This document shows positions 23,420 through 39,830 of a stretch of 64,000 nt of DNA, piece after piece. The number at the start of each line of letters is the position of its first letter. Position 1 is the stretch's first letter. Location: the IMG/VR virus record IMGVR_UViG_3300042305_001773, positions 141,045-205,044 of that record; one strand, given 5' to 3'. Position numbers and translations under genes: made by a program. The notes beneath the pieces are model-generated. The model saw only the letters and a program-made list of their open reading frames with translations, did no database searches and was not told the origin of the DNA.

Positions 23420-23784
23420 GGATACGAATACCTCTGCGGCGTCTCACCGTTTGGCGGCGCGTAATATATTGTAACCCCTGTTGTCTCAATACTCGGCGTC
23501 TTGGCGACAAATTGAATAAACTGCCGCATTGTTTCGCCGTCGCCGTCTTTGGATGTATTTAGCGCTTCAATAAACGCCTGCACGCACGGCGACAATACGT
23601 TATTGTCCGCGCGACACCGACAGCCGCGTTCTTTTGCCGAGCGCTCAAATGACTCGTGGCATTCAGTAAATTTTGCTTTAAGCTCCTGCATCCCCGGCAC
23701 GGCGTTAAAAAACTCGTCCTGCCGGCCAAACTGCATTATGTTATCTCGACTGATCGAGATCATGCGCGTAATGCGCTGCGTCAT
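23416..23784 (-). CDS. small Cys-containing hypothetical protein
   Basis: GAGGA SD; GCRC motif. Confidence 0.65.
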   Translation of the reverse strand: MTQRITRMISISRDNIMQFGRQDEFFNAVPGMQELKAKFTECHESFERSAKERGCRCRADNNVLSPCVQAFIEALNTSKDGDGETMRQFIQFVAKTPSIETTGVTIYYAPPNGETPQRYSYP

Positions 23785-23839
23785 AACTAGAGTCCTCGCG
23801 GGGTTATGGTCGCATTCTAATCAGGACGCAAAAATAGCG

Positions 23840-24739
23840 CTACGACTGCGCAGCGGCTTTGACAGCCGCGCGGAGGGTCGCGTTGGTTTGTAGTTCCGCA
23901 ATAAGCTGAGTAAGCGTTAACTCGCCTTGCGGCCCTGTTGGCCCTGTAGCGCCCATATTGCCGCAGGGGCCGGTTGCACCCGCCTCTCCGACGCCTGTGG
24001 CTCCTGTCGCGCCACGCGGCCCTGACGGGCCTGTTATGCCGCGAGGGCCTGTGGCGCCCTGCGGACCCGTCGAGCCTGTGTCGCCTTTAGCGCCGCGGGT
24101 GCCAGCCGGCCCGGACTGCCCCTGTGGACCCTGTGCGCCTTGTGGGCCGGCCGTACCTTGTGGGCCCATTAAACCCTGCGGCCCAATTAAGCCCTGCGGC
24201 CCCGGCGAGCCTTGCTGCCCGCGGTCTCCCTTTGGTCCGGTTGCCCCGCGTGGCCCGGTGGCTCCTGTGGCGCCCGTAGCGCCTGTAGAGCCGCGCGCGC
24301 CGTTTGTGCCGTTTATACCCGCCGGGCCAGTAGGGCCGGTGGCGCCTCTGGGACCGGTCGGGCCAGTGGGGCCGGTTGGCCCGGTTGGTCCCGTGGGGCC
24401 AGACGGACCGGTAGGGCCAGTAGCGCCAGTGGTTCCTTTTGGCCCGGTCGCGCCTGTTATGCCAGAAACGCCTGTCGAGCCGCGCGGACCTGTTGCGCCT
24501 ATTTTGCCTGTCGGACCCGTTAAACCTGTCGGGCCTTTGTCGCCTTTGATTCCTTGCGCCCCCTGCGGTCCAGCGGGGCCTCTGGCGCCGGCGGGACCTT
24601 GCGGCCCAATAGGCCCGGGGTTTCCTTGCGGGCCTTGCGGTCCGGCAGGGCACACACCGCAGCCACCGCCGCCCTGCGCCATTGTCGTACCGTCATACGG
24701 CACAAACTCGATTTCGTCGTTGTTGTCAGTGTCTGCCAT
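23840..24739 (-). CDS. collagen-like fibre protein (~80 Gly-X-Y triplets)
   Basis: Continuous GPQ/GAT/GPT triplets, CGVC N-cap, short helical C-terminus. Confidence 0.9.
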   Translation of the reverse strand: MADTDNNDEIEFVPYDGTTMAQGGGGCGVCPAGPQGPQGNPGPIGPQGPAGARGPAGPQGAQGIKGDKGPTGLTGPTGKIGATGPRGSTGVSGITGATGPKGTTGATGPTGPSGPTGPTGPTGPTGPTGPRGATGPTGPAGINGTNGARGSTGATGATGATGPRGATGPKGDRGQQGSPGPQGLIGPQGLMGPQGTAGPQGAQGPQGQSGPAGTRGAKGDTGSTGPQGATGPRGITGPSGPRGATGATGVGEAGATGPCGNMGATGPTGPQGELTLTQLIAELQTNATLRAAVKAAAQS

Positions 24740-24741
24740 GT

Positions 24742-30498
<5,757 letters not shown>

Positions 30499-30499
<1 letters not shown>

Positions 30500-31275
30500 T
30501 AGACAACACTCCTGCCGACAGTATCAACAACAATTGTCTCGCCGTCAGCGTAAATTCGCAACACAGCGTCGGCGACTGCTTGATTTGTTGCTGTAAACGT
30601 GAAATTACCAAAGTCGTCGGGACCGCAACCGTTGATTGTTTTTAGATATCGCTTGTTCGGAAAATCGTCGCTTTGTGGTTCGCAGAGGAACCGGCGAAAC
30701 AGCGGCACGCCCACGATGTCGACACGAATGACGCCCGGCCCGTCTTGGCGCAGCACAACACCCTGATCGCCGACTAACCAGATATCGCCGGTCAGGAATT
30801 GTTTTGTCTCAGGCCGCACGGCTCGAACGCCCGGCTCGTTTGCGGGAATAGAGACGCTGCTTACAAATTCTGTCTGATCGATTTCAAACGTATACGTGCC
30901 GGGGCCCCAGCCAGAAAAGCGCGCAAGCCCCGTAGTTGTCGAGAGCAGCATTCCGGCTGGGCGACCGTATTGATCCGCAAACAGCAGTACGCCGTCTGCC
31001 GGCGGACTCAGCGGATTGTACGATGCCGACACGCGTGTGCTCAGCTCTTCATCGCCTACGTTTATTGTGACGCTTTGTGGCGCCACGACGATCGAAGATA
31101 TGTAAACACGTTGATACCCACCAATAATGAAAAACGACGCGTCAATAAACGTGTCTGGCGCGATTGAAATGTTTTCTGTAGTTTCGCTTTGCAGCCCGGC
31201 CGAGTCTGCAAACGGATACCGCGACGCTTCTTGCTCGTCGCGGAACTCTGGAAATAGAATTCGTGCGCCTGACAT
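30499..31275 (-). CDS. distal tail/baseplate protein, paralog B
   Basis: SRYPF, GDIWLVG and LKTINGC.PD..GN motifs. Confidence 0.7.
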
Positions 31276-33005
31276 TATTGCACCACAAACTTGTTAAAAA
31301 ACGTAGACGCTTGATTAGTAAATAAACCAATAGACCCGGTCACTTCGCCCGGGTTGTTGATACTGGTTGTGCCGCTCACCGGATGTGAGCCATTCAGCTC
31401 GGAGACGGAAAAAGAAACAGACAAGCTGCTTCCGTTCAACGACAGGCTTGCGTACATCCGGTACCACATGTTTACTTTTGCGCTGTAATTGACTGACAAC
31501 TCGTCGACGAATATGTCACCGTTGTACCGCAGTACACGCACCTTGCCGCGCGTCCCGTCGACGATGACGACAACATATCTTGTTACAACTTGCCCCAGTT
31601 CCAGCGTCTGCATGTAGTTCAACACAAGGCCGCCGTTTCTGGCTGCTCCGTTTGTGCCTAGTTTGAACTCGGTCATGATCGAGCGATTCAGCGCCCAGTC
31701 AGTTGCGCAGTTTTTAAGCACGGCGATATTCGTACCGCCGATGCCGATAGACAGATATGTGCCGTGATTTGTTAATGCCGCGCCAAGCTCCGGGTCAAAC
31801 TCGCCCGGTGCGCAGTTTCCGCAAATCGGCGGGGCAAGTGTTTCTTGCGGCGAGAACGAACCCGCTTTAGTAACAAAATACGCGTTCGGCTGACACGAGC
31901 CAAAATCAACGCAAAGCGGCAGCGGCATGCACGCGTAGTCAGGCGGATCTAGCGTCTCATCTACAACCAGATCAATTGCCGCTGTCGGATCTGGCCAGCA
32001 ATATTCGTCAATTACGATATCTGTCTCGACGTAATTTGAACCATCCCATCGATACACCTTATTGGTATCAAACGCTAAATACAGTCGTTCAAGTTCGCCC
32101 GCCGGTGGAAACGACGCTTGGTTTGCGTACACCGTAATGTTTTCGCCAGTGGGTTCGCAGCATAGGTCTTTAAACGCTTGCGGCGGTTTGGGTTTGTTAG
32201 CGTCACACACCGCGCCTAAACCAATGTCTGTCACTATGTCTGCGCCGCCGCAGTTTTCAAAGTTCACGGCGGTAAAACCGTCGAATACAATGTCGATATT
32301 TCCGTCGCAATCCGGCGCCACGCCGTTGATTGTTTCAATCGGTGTTTTGGGGCACGTGCCGCTTTCGGGTCGTTGCGCGCACGGCCCTAAGAACGTCGCA
32401 AGCGGGTTATAGTCGCCAGTAACAAGCGCGCTGTCTAGGCGAAAGACAATCGCCGGATAATCGACAGCGTCGTATTGAATCGTTTCGTATTTTGCCGTAA
32501 CGGGTGACGTACCAATAAGGTTCACTACCCCCTGTAGCGCCGTGCCAAGATTAATTTTGCCAATTGTGGGGATAGGTAGCGGGCGATACGGGCGCGCGTT
32601 TCTCGGTTGCACAAGTGTTTGTCGTGCTGCGCTGTATCGGCCGACAAATGGCGTATCTACACCGGGGCCGAACACCACCCACCCAGAGACGCCAGACGTC
32701 ATAGCGGTCACAGGATAATTTACGTATGGCGCGACAGGTTGCGGAACTGACACGGCGCACACGGTCTGCCCGCTTGAATCAATCTCTGTCGCCGCGCCGA
32801 ATAAGATCGTGACAATACCGGCTGATACCGTCATCCCCTGAACGTATAAATACTCGCCCAGCGTTGAAGGAAAACGGATATGGCAATCAACGAGCACGTC
32901 TTCGCGAATAAACGCGCCACGGTCGTCGACGCCCGTTGAAATATCGTCAAGCGGGTACCGTCGTGTGGACTGCAGGTTGTACCAGTTTTGATTGCGAATA
33001 GACAT
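31275..33005 (-). CDS. distal tail protein, paralog C, with C-terminal ConA-like lectin-type domain
   Basis: RRYPL and IETINGVAPDCDGN motifs; fibre motif FP..GE...Y.A.DTNKVYRW.GS.YV; beta-sandwich C-terminus. Confidence 0.7.
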   Translation of the reverse strand: MSIRNQNWYNLQSTRRYPLDDISTGVDDRGAFIREDVLVDCHIRFPSTLGEYLYVQGMTVSAGIVTILFGAATEIDSSGQTVCAVSVPQPVAPYVNYPVTAMTSGVSGWVVFGPGVDTPFVGRYSAARQTLVQPRNARPYRPLPIPTIGKINLGTALQGVVNLIGTSPVTAKYETIQYDAVDYPAIVFRLDSALVTGDYNPLATFLGPCAQRPESGTCPKTPIETINGVAPDCDGNIDIVFDGFTAVNFENCGGADIVTDIGLGAVCDANKPKPPQAFKDLCCEPTGENITVYANQASFPPAGELERLYLAFDTNKVYRWDGSNYVETDIVIDEYCWPDPTAAIDLVVDETLDPPDYACMPLPLCVDFGSCQPNAYFVTKAGSFSPQETLAPPICGNCAPGEFDPELGAALTNHGTYLSIGIGGTNIAVLKNCATDWALNRSIMTEFKLGTNGAARNGGLVLNYMQTLELGQVVTRYVVVIVDGTRGKVRVLRYNGDIFVDELSVNYSAKVNMWYRMYASLSLNGSSLSVSFSVSELNGSHPVSGTTSINNPGEVTGSIGLFTNQASTFFNKFVVQ

Positions 33006-33008
33006 GAT

Positions 33009-34619
33009 TTAACACGGCGCCTCTGTTTTACCTTCCGCGTTACAGTGCAGTGTTTGCACGGTTTCAGCTATAGCTGGTAATGGCGGCAGTCCGTCATCAA
33101 GGTTGTTACCGCAATTTGTCAAAATAGGTTGCGCGCTGCTGAGATATGTTCCAGTAAGCGTGCCGGTGATCACATACGGTCCGCGGGCGCGGGTGTACTC
33201 CGCGGCTGGGTTAGTCGGGTCGTACTGATTGAATTTAACCCGAAACTGCACGTACGCCGAATCACCGGGTTTGATTTGCGGAAACACAGCTGAATACTGG
33301 AAACCGCCACCAGTAACGTTGATACCGACGGCCGAGCCGCGAATGCCCGGCGCGTACATGGCTGTATACCCGCATTCTAGTTCCGGGCGTACGGCAACCG
33401 ATGTTTGCGTTTCCGGGTCGGCTGGCACGAGGTCGCCGCTGACTGAAAGGTTTACAGTCAGGCGTGTCGGCTCGGCGCACGTTTCGCACGGGTTGCAAAG
33501 CATCATCACGATATCTAAATACGAGCAACGCTGCGGCACCATAAACAAGCGTAGCGGGCGCTGTACGCTGCACGACCGTTGATCTAACCAGCGCGCGATG
33601 TTGTTCTCGTGCTCTGTGCGCACATTTTCGGCACGCTGCCCGATCAGCTTGTATCGGTAACTTGTCTCATTCATGTACTGCGCAGTATTTGCATAGTCGT
33701 CGCAACCGCAGCACGGAACGCAGTCTGCGCCGACTTGTTGATGCGCCGTCGTAGACGGGTTTACCGGGTGCGGCGTCGCGACGCCAACGGTAACGGGGCG
33801 TCGAACCCAGAGGCAGTCCGTCGCGCCGAGCCTGAAATCTCCATCTGCGCCAGTCACGCCGTTAATCTTTGTGATAGGTACTGCAACGCCACCGGGACAA
33901 TTGCTGTAGCGCCCCAATCCCGTACCAGCCACCGCGCTAAAATTAACACTCGTAATGTTGCGAAAGTTTTTTGTGGCTGGCGGTGTAGTGGTAATTTCTG
34001 TGTTGTATCCGTTGTTGAATGTGAACGCGCCGGTATACCGCGGCGAAGTAGTTTGTCCGTTGCGAACACGCAACGACAATAACCGGCGCGGCATTTTGTA
34101 TACCGCACGCTCGTCGAGCCGGGCGTTTATAGGCGTCAAAAATTTGTCGTAGTTTCTGCGCGTATCGTCGTCGGTTTCGCCGTTGTCGTCGTCTGGCCAC
34201 GTTGTGTAAACAACAAGCCGGCACACCGCCCGCGCCGTTTTCCACTCGTAGATGCGATAATCGCCGCTCCACGGTTGGCTGTTAAACGTAGTTCCTGCTG
34301 ACGTCGTATCGATGATTACGCGGTCGTTTTCGTCGACAATGACGATATCGGCTGCGTGGGTCGGTGTCGGAAAACCAGCGGGCGGTGCGTTCTCTATGCA
34401 ACCAATTCCGTATAAATGTTTAATCCGTAGCGGGTGGGCCGCGGGCACAATTGCAGTGTCGTACTCTCCGTCGTCGTCATAGGCGAGATGCAAGTCGGCT
34501 ATCAAATAGCGGATATCGGCCGACGGCGCTACGAGCGGATAGTCCAACCCACTTTGTGGCTGGACGACACCGATACCCGCGCGGCCGTATTTTGATGTTT
34601 GAAAGTCGGGGCATGTCAT
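33009..34619 (-). CDS. distal tail protein, paralog D
   Basis: LDYPL, GYN, ITKINGV...DGD and PCCGC motifs. Confidence 0.7.
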   Translation of the reverse strand: MTCPDFQTSKYGRAGIGVVQPQSGLDYPLVAPSADIRYLIADLHLAYDDDGEYDTAIVPAAHPLRIKHLYGIGCIENAPPAGFPTPTHAADIVIVDENDRVIIDTTSAGTTFNSQPWSGDYRIYEWKTARAVCRLVVYTTWPDDDNGETDDDTRRNYDKFLTPINARLDERAVYKMPRRLLSLRVRNGQTTSPRYTGAFTFNNGYNTEITTTPPATKNFRNITSVNFSAVAGTGLGRYSNCPGGVAVPITKINGVTGADGDFRLGATDCLWVRRPVTVGVATPHPVNPSTTAHQQVGADCVPCCGCDDYANTAQYMNETSYRYKLIGQRAENVRTEHENNIARWLDQRSCSVQRPLRLFMVPQRCSYLDIVMMLCNPCETCAEPTRLTVNLSVSGDLVPADPETQTSVAVRPELECGYTAMYAPGIRGSAVGINVTGGGFQYSAVFPQIKPGDSAYVQFRVKFNQYDPTNPAAEYTRARGPYVITGTLTGTYLSSAQPILTNCGNNLDDGLPPLPAIAETVQTLHCNAEGKTEAPC

Positions 34620-34622
34620 GTG

Positions 34623-35567
34623 TCACCCCGACGCTGAGCAGCCCGAGTCGCCGAGCTGGCTCCCCAGTACGACCAGACTCATCTGTGTTACTTCAGAACC
34701 GAGCCGCGTAATAAAGTTTTGCAACGTTGTCACGCCGTCGCCAAACCGGTTGATTTGATTGACAATAGCGTCCAGCTCCGTGCAGCCGCAGCAAGGTTGC
34801 GCGCACGTGTCAGAAAACTTTAAACCGTTGCTCATCGGCGTGATTTGAATGCAATCGTCTGGAGCAAGAATAAAATTACCGTCTGTGCTGCACACGCCGT
34901 TGATACACCGAATACACGATCCAATTTCTGGTGTTTCGCAGTAGCACTCTTCGTTTAAGTTTGTACCCGAGATCGCGTCAAAAACGATTTCAGTTTCCGT
35001 GGCAAATGACACAGCGGTGATGCGCACGTTGTTTCCAGCGACAAGCGTTACGTCGCCGTAAATAGGCGCGCTCATTTCGCCGTTGTTTGATATGCGCAGC
35101 CGCGTGACCGCGCGCAGCATCGGGCGGATCGTATCCGGCTCTAGCTCGCCGGCTGCAAATGTAAACTCGTACAAACCCGGCGGCATTTGATCAATCTCAT
35201 CAAGCGTGCCGAGTACGACCCGCCCGACACAGTCATCAAAATCGTCTAAGCCGCCGAGCGCGTACGACCGATTAGGCTGGTAATTACTTCGGACAATGTT
35301 CGCCGCCGCCACGTCAACAGCTGTGCCGTTGTTGTCGTATCCGATAGTGATATTGAAACCGGTCGGGGCTATTAACAGGCTTTTGATAAAAAAACGATTG
35401 GGAGCAAACGCCAGCCCGGAATGAATTGGCAGATACAGCGCGACGATAAAACTATCGGGCAGTCTGACCGTGCCAGTCGGGTCTGTTTTGGTGGCGCGCT
35501 CGGTTAGCGGGTACGACCGCTGCGAGTTGTGATTGAGCCACTGTAGATTCCAGTTTCCAATCGGCAT
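34623..35567 (-). CDS. distal tail protein, paralog E
   Basis: RSYPL, GDVTLVAGNN, IRCINGV...DGN and PCCGC motifs plus a coiled coil. Confidence 0.7.
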   Translation of the reverse strand: MPIGNWNLQWLNHNSQRSYPLTERATKTDPTGTVRLPDSFIVALYLPIHSGLAFAPNRFFIKSLLIAPTGFNITIGYDNNGTAVDVAAANIVRSNYQPNRSYALGGLDDFDDCVGRVVLGTLDEIDQMPPGLYEFTFAAGELEPDTIRPMLRAVTRLRISNNGEMSAPIYGDVTLVAGNNVRITAVSFATETEIVFDAISGTNLNEECYCETPEIGSCIRCINGVCSTDGNFILAPDDCIQITPMSNGLKFSDTCAQPCCGCTELDAIVNQINRFGDGVTTLQNFITRLGSEVTQMSLVVLGSQLGDSGCSASG

Positions 35568-35580
35568 GGTGGCTCACCTG

Positions 35581-37440
35581 TTATGTCGCGCTATAGATGA
35601 TACCCGTAACGCGCAATACGCCGATTTCGCCGTAGGCGTTGTCCTCGGTGCGGCCGATGGTGACCAACACGGTGTCGCCCTGTTCTACGTTAAACGGCGC
35701 GCTATCGCGCGTGATAACATGATTCATAAACAAATCCGCGCCAGAATTAAATGTGAGCGAATTGTCTGTTGTTATCAGCGGCTCACCTTCGGTAGACGTC
35801 AACGCAGGGGCCGGTAAAATACGTTGAGTCATATACAGCGACGGCATTACTTTTTTACTGTTATTTGGTCCGCTGTCGCGCCCAAACAACTGCACGCGAA
35901 TTTTCATTTGCAGATTATCGCCGAGATTGCTGCCGGGCACATTAAACCGCAAGCGCAGCAACGACGCCTGATCACCCGGAAAACCGAGATAGGGAATGTC
36001 CATATACAGCCGCTCAACGGCATCGCTCAGCCGAATGATCTGCGGCGAAATCTCGCGTTCGACTAGCTGATCCGTGTAATCTATTTTTAGAATCCCTTGG
36101 TGCAGCGTGATCGGCGTTGTTATTCCGTCAAGGTTGAACTGCGCTTTTTCTTGCTCTGTTAACGCGCGCGGGTTTGCACGTGAACCTGTAATAGCAATCT
36201 GATTTGACAGCGTAAACGCACCCTCAGCGATCCAGCCGCGCGTTAACTGGTGCCGGTTGATTACGCCCTTAAGCGCCTGCCCGCCGGCCGTATCGGCGGC
36301 TGCAATTTGCAAATCTAAGTTGAGTTGCAGGTCGCCAGTCGACGCCGGATCATCTGCGCAGTTCGAAATAGCAATTGGGCTTGTAACTGTTGCGGCAGCG
36401 GGGGTAACCACCGTCTCGGGTGTTGTTCCGTCGACGTCTTTTACGAGGCTTGTGACGACGTTACGATCATTGCCTGTGAGCATTCGGAGATACACCACAG
36501 ATACGCGCATATGCTCGTAGCGCGGGCATTCAGCTGTTTCTTCTGGGTGCTCCGTAGGTGGTGTAAACGGTACGTCATCTTCGCAATCGCTCATCCACCA
36601 AATGCCGTTGGTGTCACAAATCGCAAGGCCGGTCGAACCAAGCGGGATCTCGGTCGCGCCGACGTGATTCACGCCTTTGTCCCACAGCATGGCGACAGAC
36701 TGAATCGGGAGCGGCGGCCAGACGTTTGAAAGCGCCGGATGCTGACTCAGGTTGTAACCAAACACGGCGCCATTCGGCGCTTTGCCGTTAAAGCTCGCGT
36801 GGTTTGCCGGCAACCAGCCCGGGTCGTTTGCCGTTGCGGCTTGCAGTGTTACAAGATCAAAACGATAGTGCGTGTGGTCGTCAATGAAGTCCCGAATGTG
36901 CGGCATGACAACGACGCGCGGTACAGTCGTGCAACTGTCTTTCGGCCCTTGCACGTGGCATACACTGACAGTTACAGCCGGGCGCTGCTTTACGAGTTTG
37001 CCAGCTTCAGCGGCCGACAGGTAATAGCGGCCCGGCGTGATTGCGCCGTCAATAGCGTTGGCTAATTCGGGGATATCGACAATCCCGCGCAGCACGATAT
37101 CGCCAAGTGTTTCGGAGCGTTTGCGTACGCAGATACCGACGCAATCCGACGACGGTTGCACGACAAGCGTTTGAGTGTTGGCGTCTGGCTCGACAGCTGC
37201 CATTGCCCGCTCATACCGATGCTCGGCCCAGTTCCAGTAAACTGGCTGCCCGGGTAGTACGGAGCTACAGATAGTCGCGTTGCTATCGACTAGTACCTTG
37301 CCAAGCTCAGCCGCGTCGAGGCGATCTTTGAGGTAATCCGTGCGGTCTTCAAGCGTACGGTCTGGGCGCGAAACTACGCCAGCCTGTACGGGCTCACCCG
37401 GATTAACGTGTTTGATGTTGTGCAGCCAGTTCCCGGACAT
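35581..37440 (-). CDS. tail fibre / baseplate-attachment structural protein
   Basis: N-terminal V.PGEPV.A...RP...L..RT.YLK fibre-anchor pattern; GGAGG SD. Confidence 0.65.
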   Translation of the reverse strand: MSGNWLHNIKHVNPGEPVQAGVVSRPDRTLEDRTDYLKDRLDAAELGKVLVDSNATICSSVLPGQPVYWNWAEHRYERAMAAVEPDANTQTLVVQPSSDCVGICVRKRSETLGDIVLRGIVDIPELANAIDGAITPGRYYLSAAEAGKLVKQRPAVTVSVCHVQGPKDSCTTVPRVVVMPHIRDFIDDHTHYRFDLVTLQAATANDPGWLPANHASFNGKAPNGAVFGYNLSQHPALSNVWPPLPIQSVAMLWDKGVNHVGATEIPLGSTGLAICDTNGIWWMSDCEDDVPFTPPTEHPEETAECPRYEHMRVSVVYLRMLTGNDRNVVTSLVKDVDGTTPETVVTPAAATVTSPIAISNCADDPASTGDLQLNLDLQIAAADTAGGQALKGVINRHQLTRGWIAEGAFTLSNQIAITGSRANPRALTEQEKAQFNLDGITTPITLHQGILKIDYTDQLVEREISPQIIRLSDAVERLYMDIPYLGFPGDQASLLRLRFNVPGSNLGDNLQMKIRVQLFGRDSGPNNSKKVMPSLYMTQRILPAPALTSTEGEPLITTDNSLTFNSGADLFMNHVITRDSAPFNVEQGDTVLVTIGRTEDNAYGEIGVLRVTGIIYSAT

Positions 37441-37464
37441 CCTTGTCCTCCGGCAGTTAGTTGA

Positions 37465-38097
37465 TTACAAGAACGCGACATCCCAAGTGATGCCGATTTG
37501 CGATGACGCTTCCTTGGTCACCTGATTTCCGCCGCTAAAAACTGTTCGCGCAAACACGACGTCTTTTGATCGATCGCTTAACACCGGCGCGGCTATGAGA
37601 GCGGCGGCGTACACGCGGCTGTTGTTTGCGCTGTTAAACTGCCGCTCTTCACCTTCGTACACAACGCGCGCTTCGGAGGTCTGCGCAAAGAACGTGAGCT
37701 GATTGCCAGATTGATTAACGGGTAGGTTGGCGTCGTAACCGGCCGACACGCTTAAGGCTGGTTCAATGCTCAGCGGGACGCGAATAAAATTGCGCGTCTG
37801 AGAGTCGACTAGCGAGTTGTAGTACGTGATATCTACGTTACGGCCGAAGCTGGGTGTCGAGACAGTCAGCTCGGGATCGATGTTTTCGTACTCGATGTAC
37901 ATAGCCGAAATGTGATAATCCAGCCGGTCAGGCTGCCGACGATAGCCCAGCTGTTTGGCAGCGATAAACCCCCAGCCGTATTGGATCTGGTTTGCTTGCG
38001 AGAACAACGGCAGCTTTAGGCCGGTCTTCTCGTCAATGCGCCACACCGACACGTGTCCGCGTACGCCAAAAGCGGGGGTAATGTTATCGGCAGCCAT
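37465..38097 (-). CDS. baseplate / tail-collar protein
   Basis: C-terminal FART.F.....TK......I.W.V.F pattern of fibre-collar proteins; position. Confidence 0.6.
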   Translation of the reverse strand: MAADNITPAFGVRGHVSVWRIDEKTGLKLPLFSQANQIQYGWGFIAAKQLGYRRQPDRLDYHISAMYIEYENIDPELTVSTPSFGRNVDITYYNSLVDSQTRNFIRVPLSIEPALSVSAGYDANLPVNQSGNQLTFFAQTSEARVVYEGEERQFNSANNSRVYAAALIAAPVLSDRSKDVVFARTVFSGGNQVTKEASSQIGITWDVAFL

Positions 38098-38106
38098 GTG
38101 TTGTCC

Positions 38107-39828
38107 TTATTGGCAGGTACCGGACACGAGTCTGGCGGTGGCGCCCAAATCGTGCACTAAAGATACCGGTACGTCGTCGTTTGCGGGGTTCATTCCTGTA
38201 AAGCGCGTTACGGCCTCAAAAACGGCGTCCTCTGGCGTTATCTTATCTTTATCGGCCGCCAGCTCGAAAATCACGATCATTGCCGTTTGCGGCGGTAATA
38301 ACTGACGTAGATGCCTAATATTGTACAGTCCCAGATGATTTAGCCCTAGCGCACTTACCGAGATTCTTACCACAAATACGTTATTTCTCAGCACGTTTTC
38401 AACTAGGAAACGTAACGGGTTAATTGTCTTCGGTAAATGCGCCACCGTCGGTTCCGTGGCGGCGTTAACTCGTTTATCGAGCAACTGCGCCAGCGTGCCA
38501 ATTTTGGGTTTAAGCGCGCAATCTGGCTGCGCTTTTCGAAACTCAGCAGCCTGTACGCCGCGCTCATGAATCTCGTCAAAGAACTGTTGCACGTCTGCCG
38601 GATAACCGCCTAAACGGAATTTTACGTATGTGTAGCCGGTGTGGTGTGCGGTGTTTACTTCAAGCGGCACGTTTTGGTTTTCAAAGACAAGGTCGCCGTA
38701 AAAGCACGACGAAAGGAATCCGCTATCCAGTGCCAGCGCCGTAATAGCTCGACGAACCGGTTGACAAGAATCTGCGTTCGGATCAAGCAACAGCTCGTCT
38801 TCTGCTTCGGTCGCTAGCGGTTCCCATGCGTTGCTGGCCAGAATGTTGTTAGGCGGCGGGCAGCAAATAATCTCGCCCGGCGTTTCTCGCGCGTACGTAT
38901 TGCCAACAAAGAACTCGTATACGTCGATGCCGTGAACGAGCGGCGTACCAGCGGAGATTGTCTGCCCGACTTCAACGCGCGGTACAGTGTTTTCTGCAAA
39001 ACGATAGACAGCTTTGTCTGTCACAATAAGAATGCCGCGTGCATCGTCGTCAACAAGCTCGACGGTCTCTACAGGCCCAATACTGACTGGTACGCCGCAG
39101 ATCGCGGCGATTGCGGCGTCGAGCACGGTCGCTGTTGCGCCGCCCTCTACGAGCCCGGAGATGACGGCGTTTGTTAAATCTTTGTACGCCTGACTGGTGC
39201 GCAGCTTTATACCGACCGCGTAGGCAAATTGATTAAAGACTGTGTTGTAATCGAACTGGCCGCAAAACCCCCACAGTGTCAGCTCTTCGTCGTCGGAGTT
39301 GTTGGGTGACGGGCGCTTTGTGAACACCGGGTTTTCAAACGGGTCTTTGGCAAAAACAATGGCGTTTCGCGTTGTGTCGATGAGGAAGTCCGAGTTTTTG
39401 ATCAGTACGCCCGTGGGGTACGTAATGCGGTTAAACAACTGCATCACGTCTGTTAACCCAGCCGGAAGCGGGAACGAGAAGAAAGTTGTCGTTGGTGGCA
39501 CGTCAAACCGCAGCCCAGAATCAAACGTAGCTGAATTGCGGTCAAACTGTGTAATTGTCGTGCGCGCGGTGTTACGCTCAGATTTCTTTAAGACAATTGG
39601 AGTCAGCGTTTCCGCGTGAAACAGCGGTACGTCAAAACGGCTCAACGCCTCAATAGTTTCAATGAGGTTTTGATACGTTTGATTTACAACTTGCGCGGTT
39701 GCAATTGCGTACGAATGCACCTGATCTACGCCCGTGTACGTGCGCGCCCAGAAACTACCCAGCGCCGCGATCAGGTTGCGGCTGCGGTCAAAGTCAGACC
39801 CGGGGTATACAAATTCTGGTTTGTTCAT
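38107..39828 (-). CDS. baseplate wedge protein (gpI/gp7-like position)
   Basis: Directly follows the J-like gene; ends LRQLLPPQTA-like. Confidence 0.6.
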   Translation of the reverse strand: MNKPEFVYPGSDFDRSRNLIAALGSFWARTYTGVDQVHSYAIATAQVVNQTYQNLIETIEALSRFDVPLFHAETLTPIVLKKSERNTARTTITQFDRNSATFDSGLRFDVPPTTTFFSFPLPAGLTDVMQLFNRITYPTGVLIKNSDFLIDTTRNAIVFAKDPFENPVFTKRPSPNNSDDEELTLWGFCGQFDYNTVFNQFAYAVGIKLRTSQAYKDLTNAVISGLVEGGATATVLDAAIAAICGVPVSIGPVETVELVDDDARGILIVTDKAVYRFAENTVPRVEVGQTISAGTPLVHGIDVYEFFVGNTYARETPGEIICCPPPNNILASNAWEPLATEAEDELLLDPNADSCQPVRRAITALALDSGFLSSCFYGDLVFENQNVPLEVNTAHHTGYTYVKFRLGGYPADVQQFFDEIHERGVQAAEFRKAQPDCALKPKIGTLAQLLDKRVNAATEPTVAHLPKTINPLRFLVENVLRNNVFVVRISVSALGLNHLGLYNIRHLRQLLPPQTAMIVIFELAADKDKITPEDAVFEAVTRFTGMNPANDDVPVSLVHDLGATARLVSGTCQ

Positions 39829-39830
39829 GG

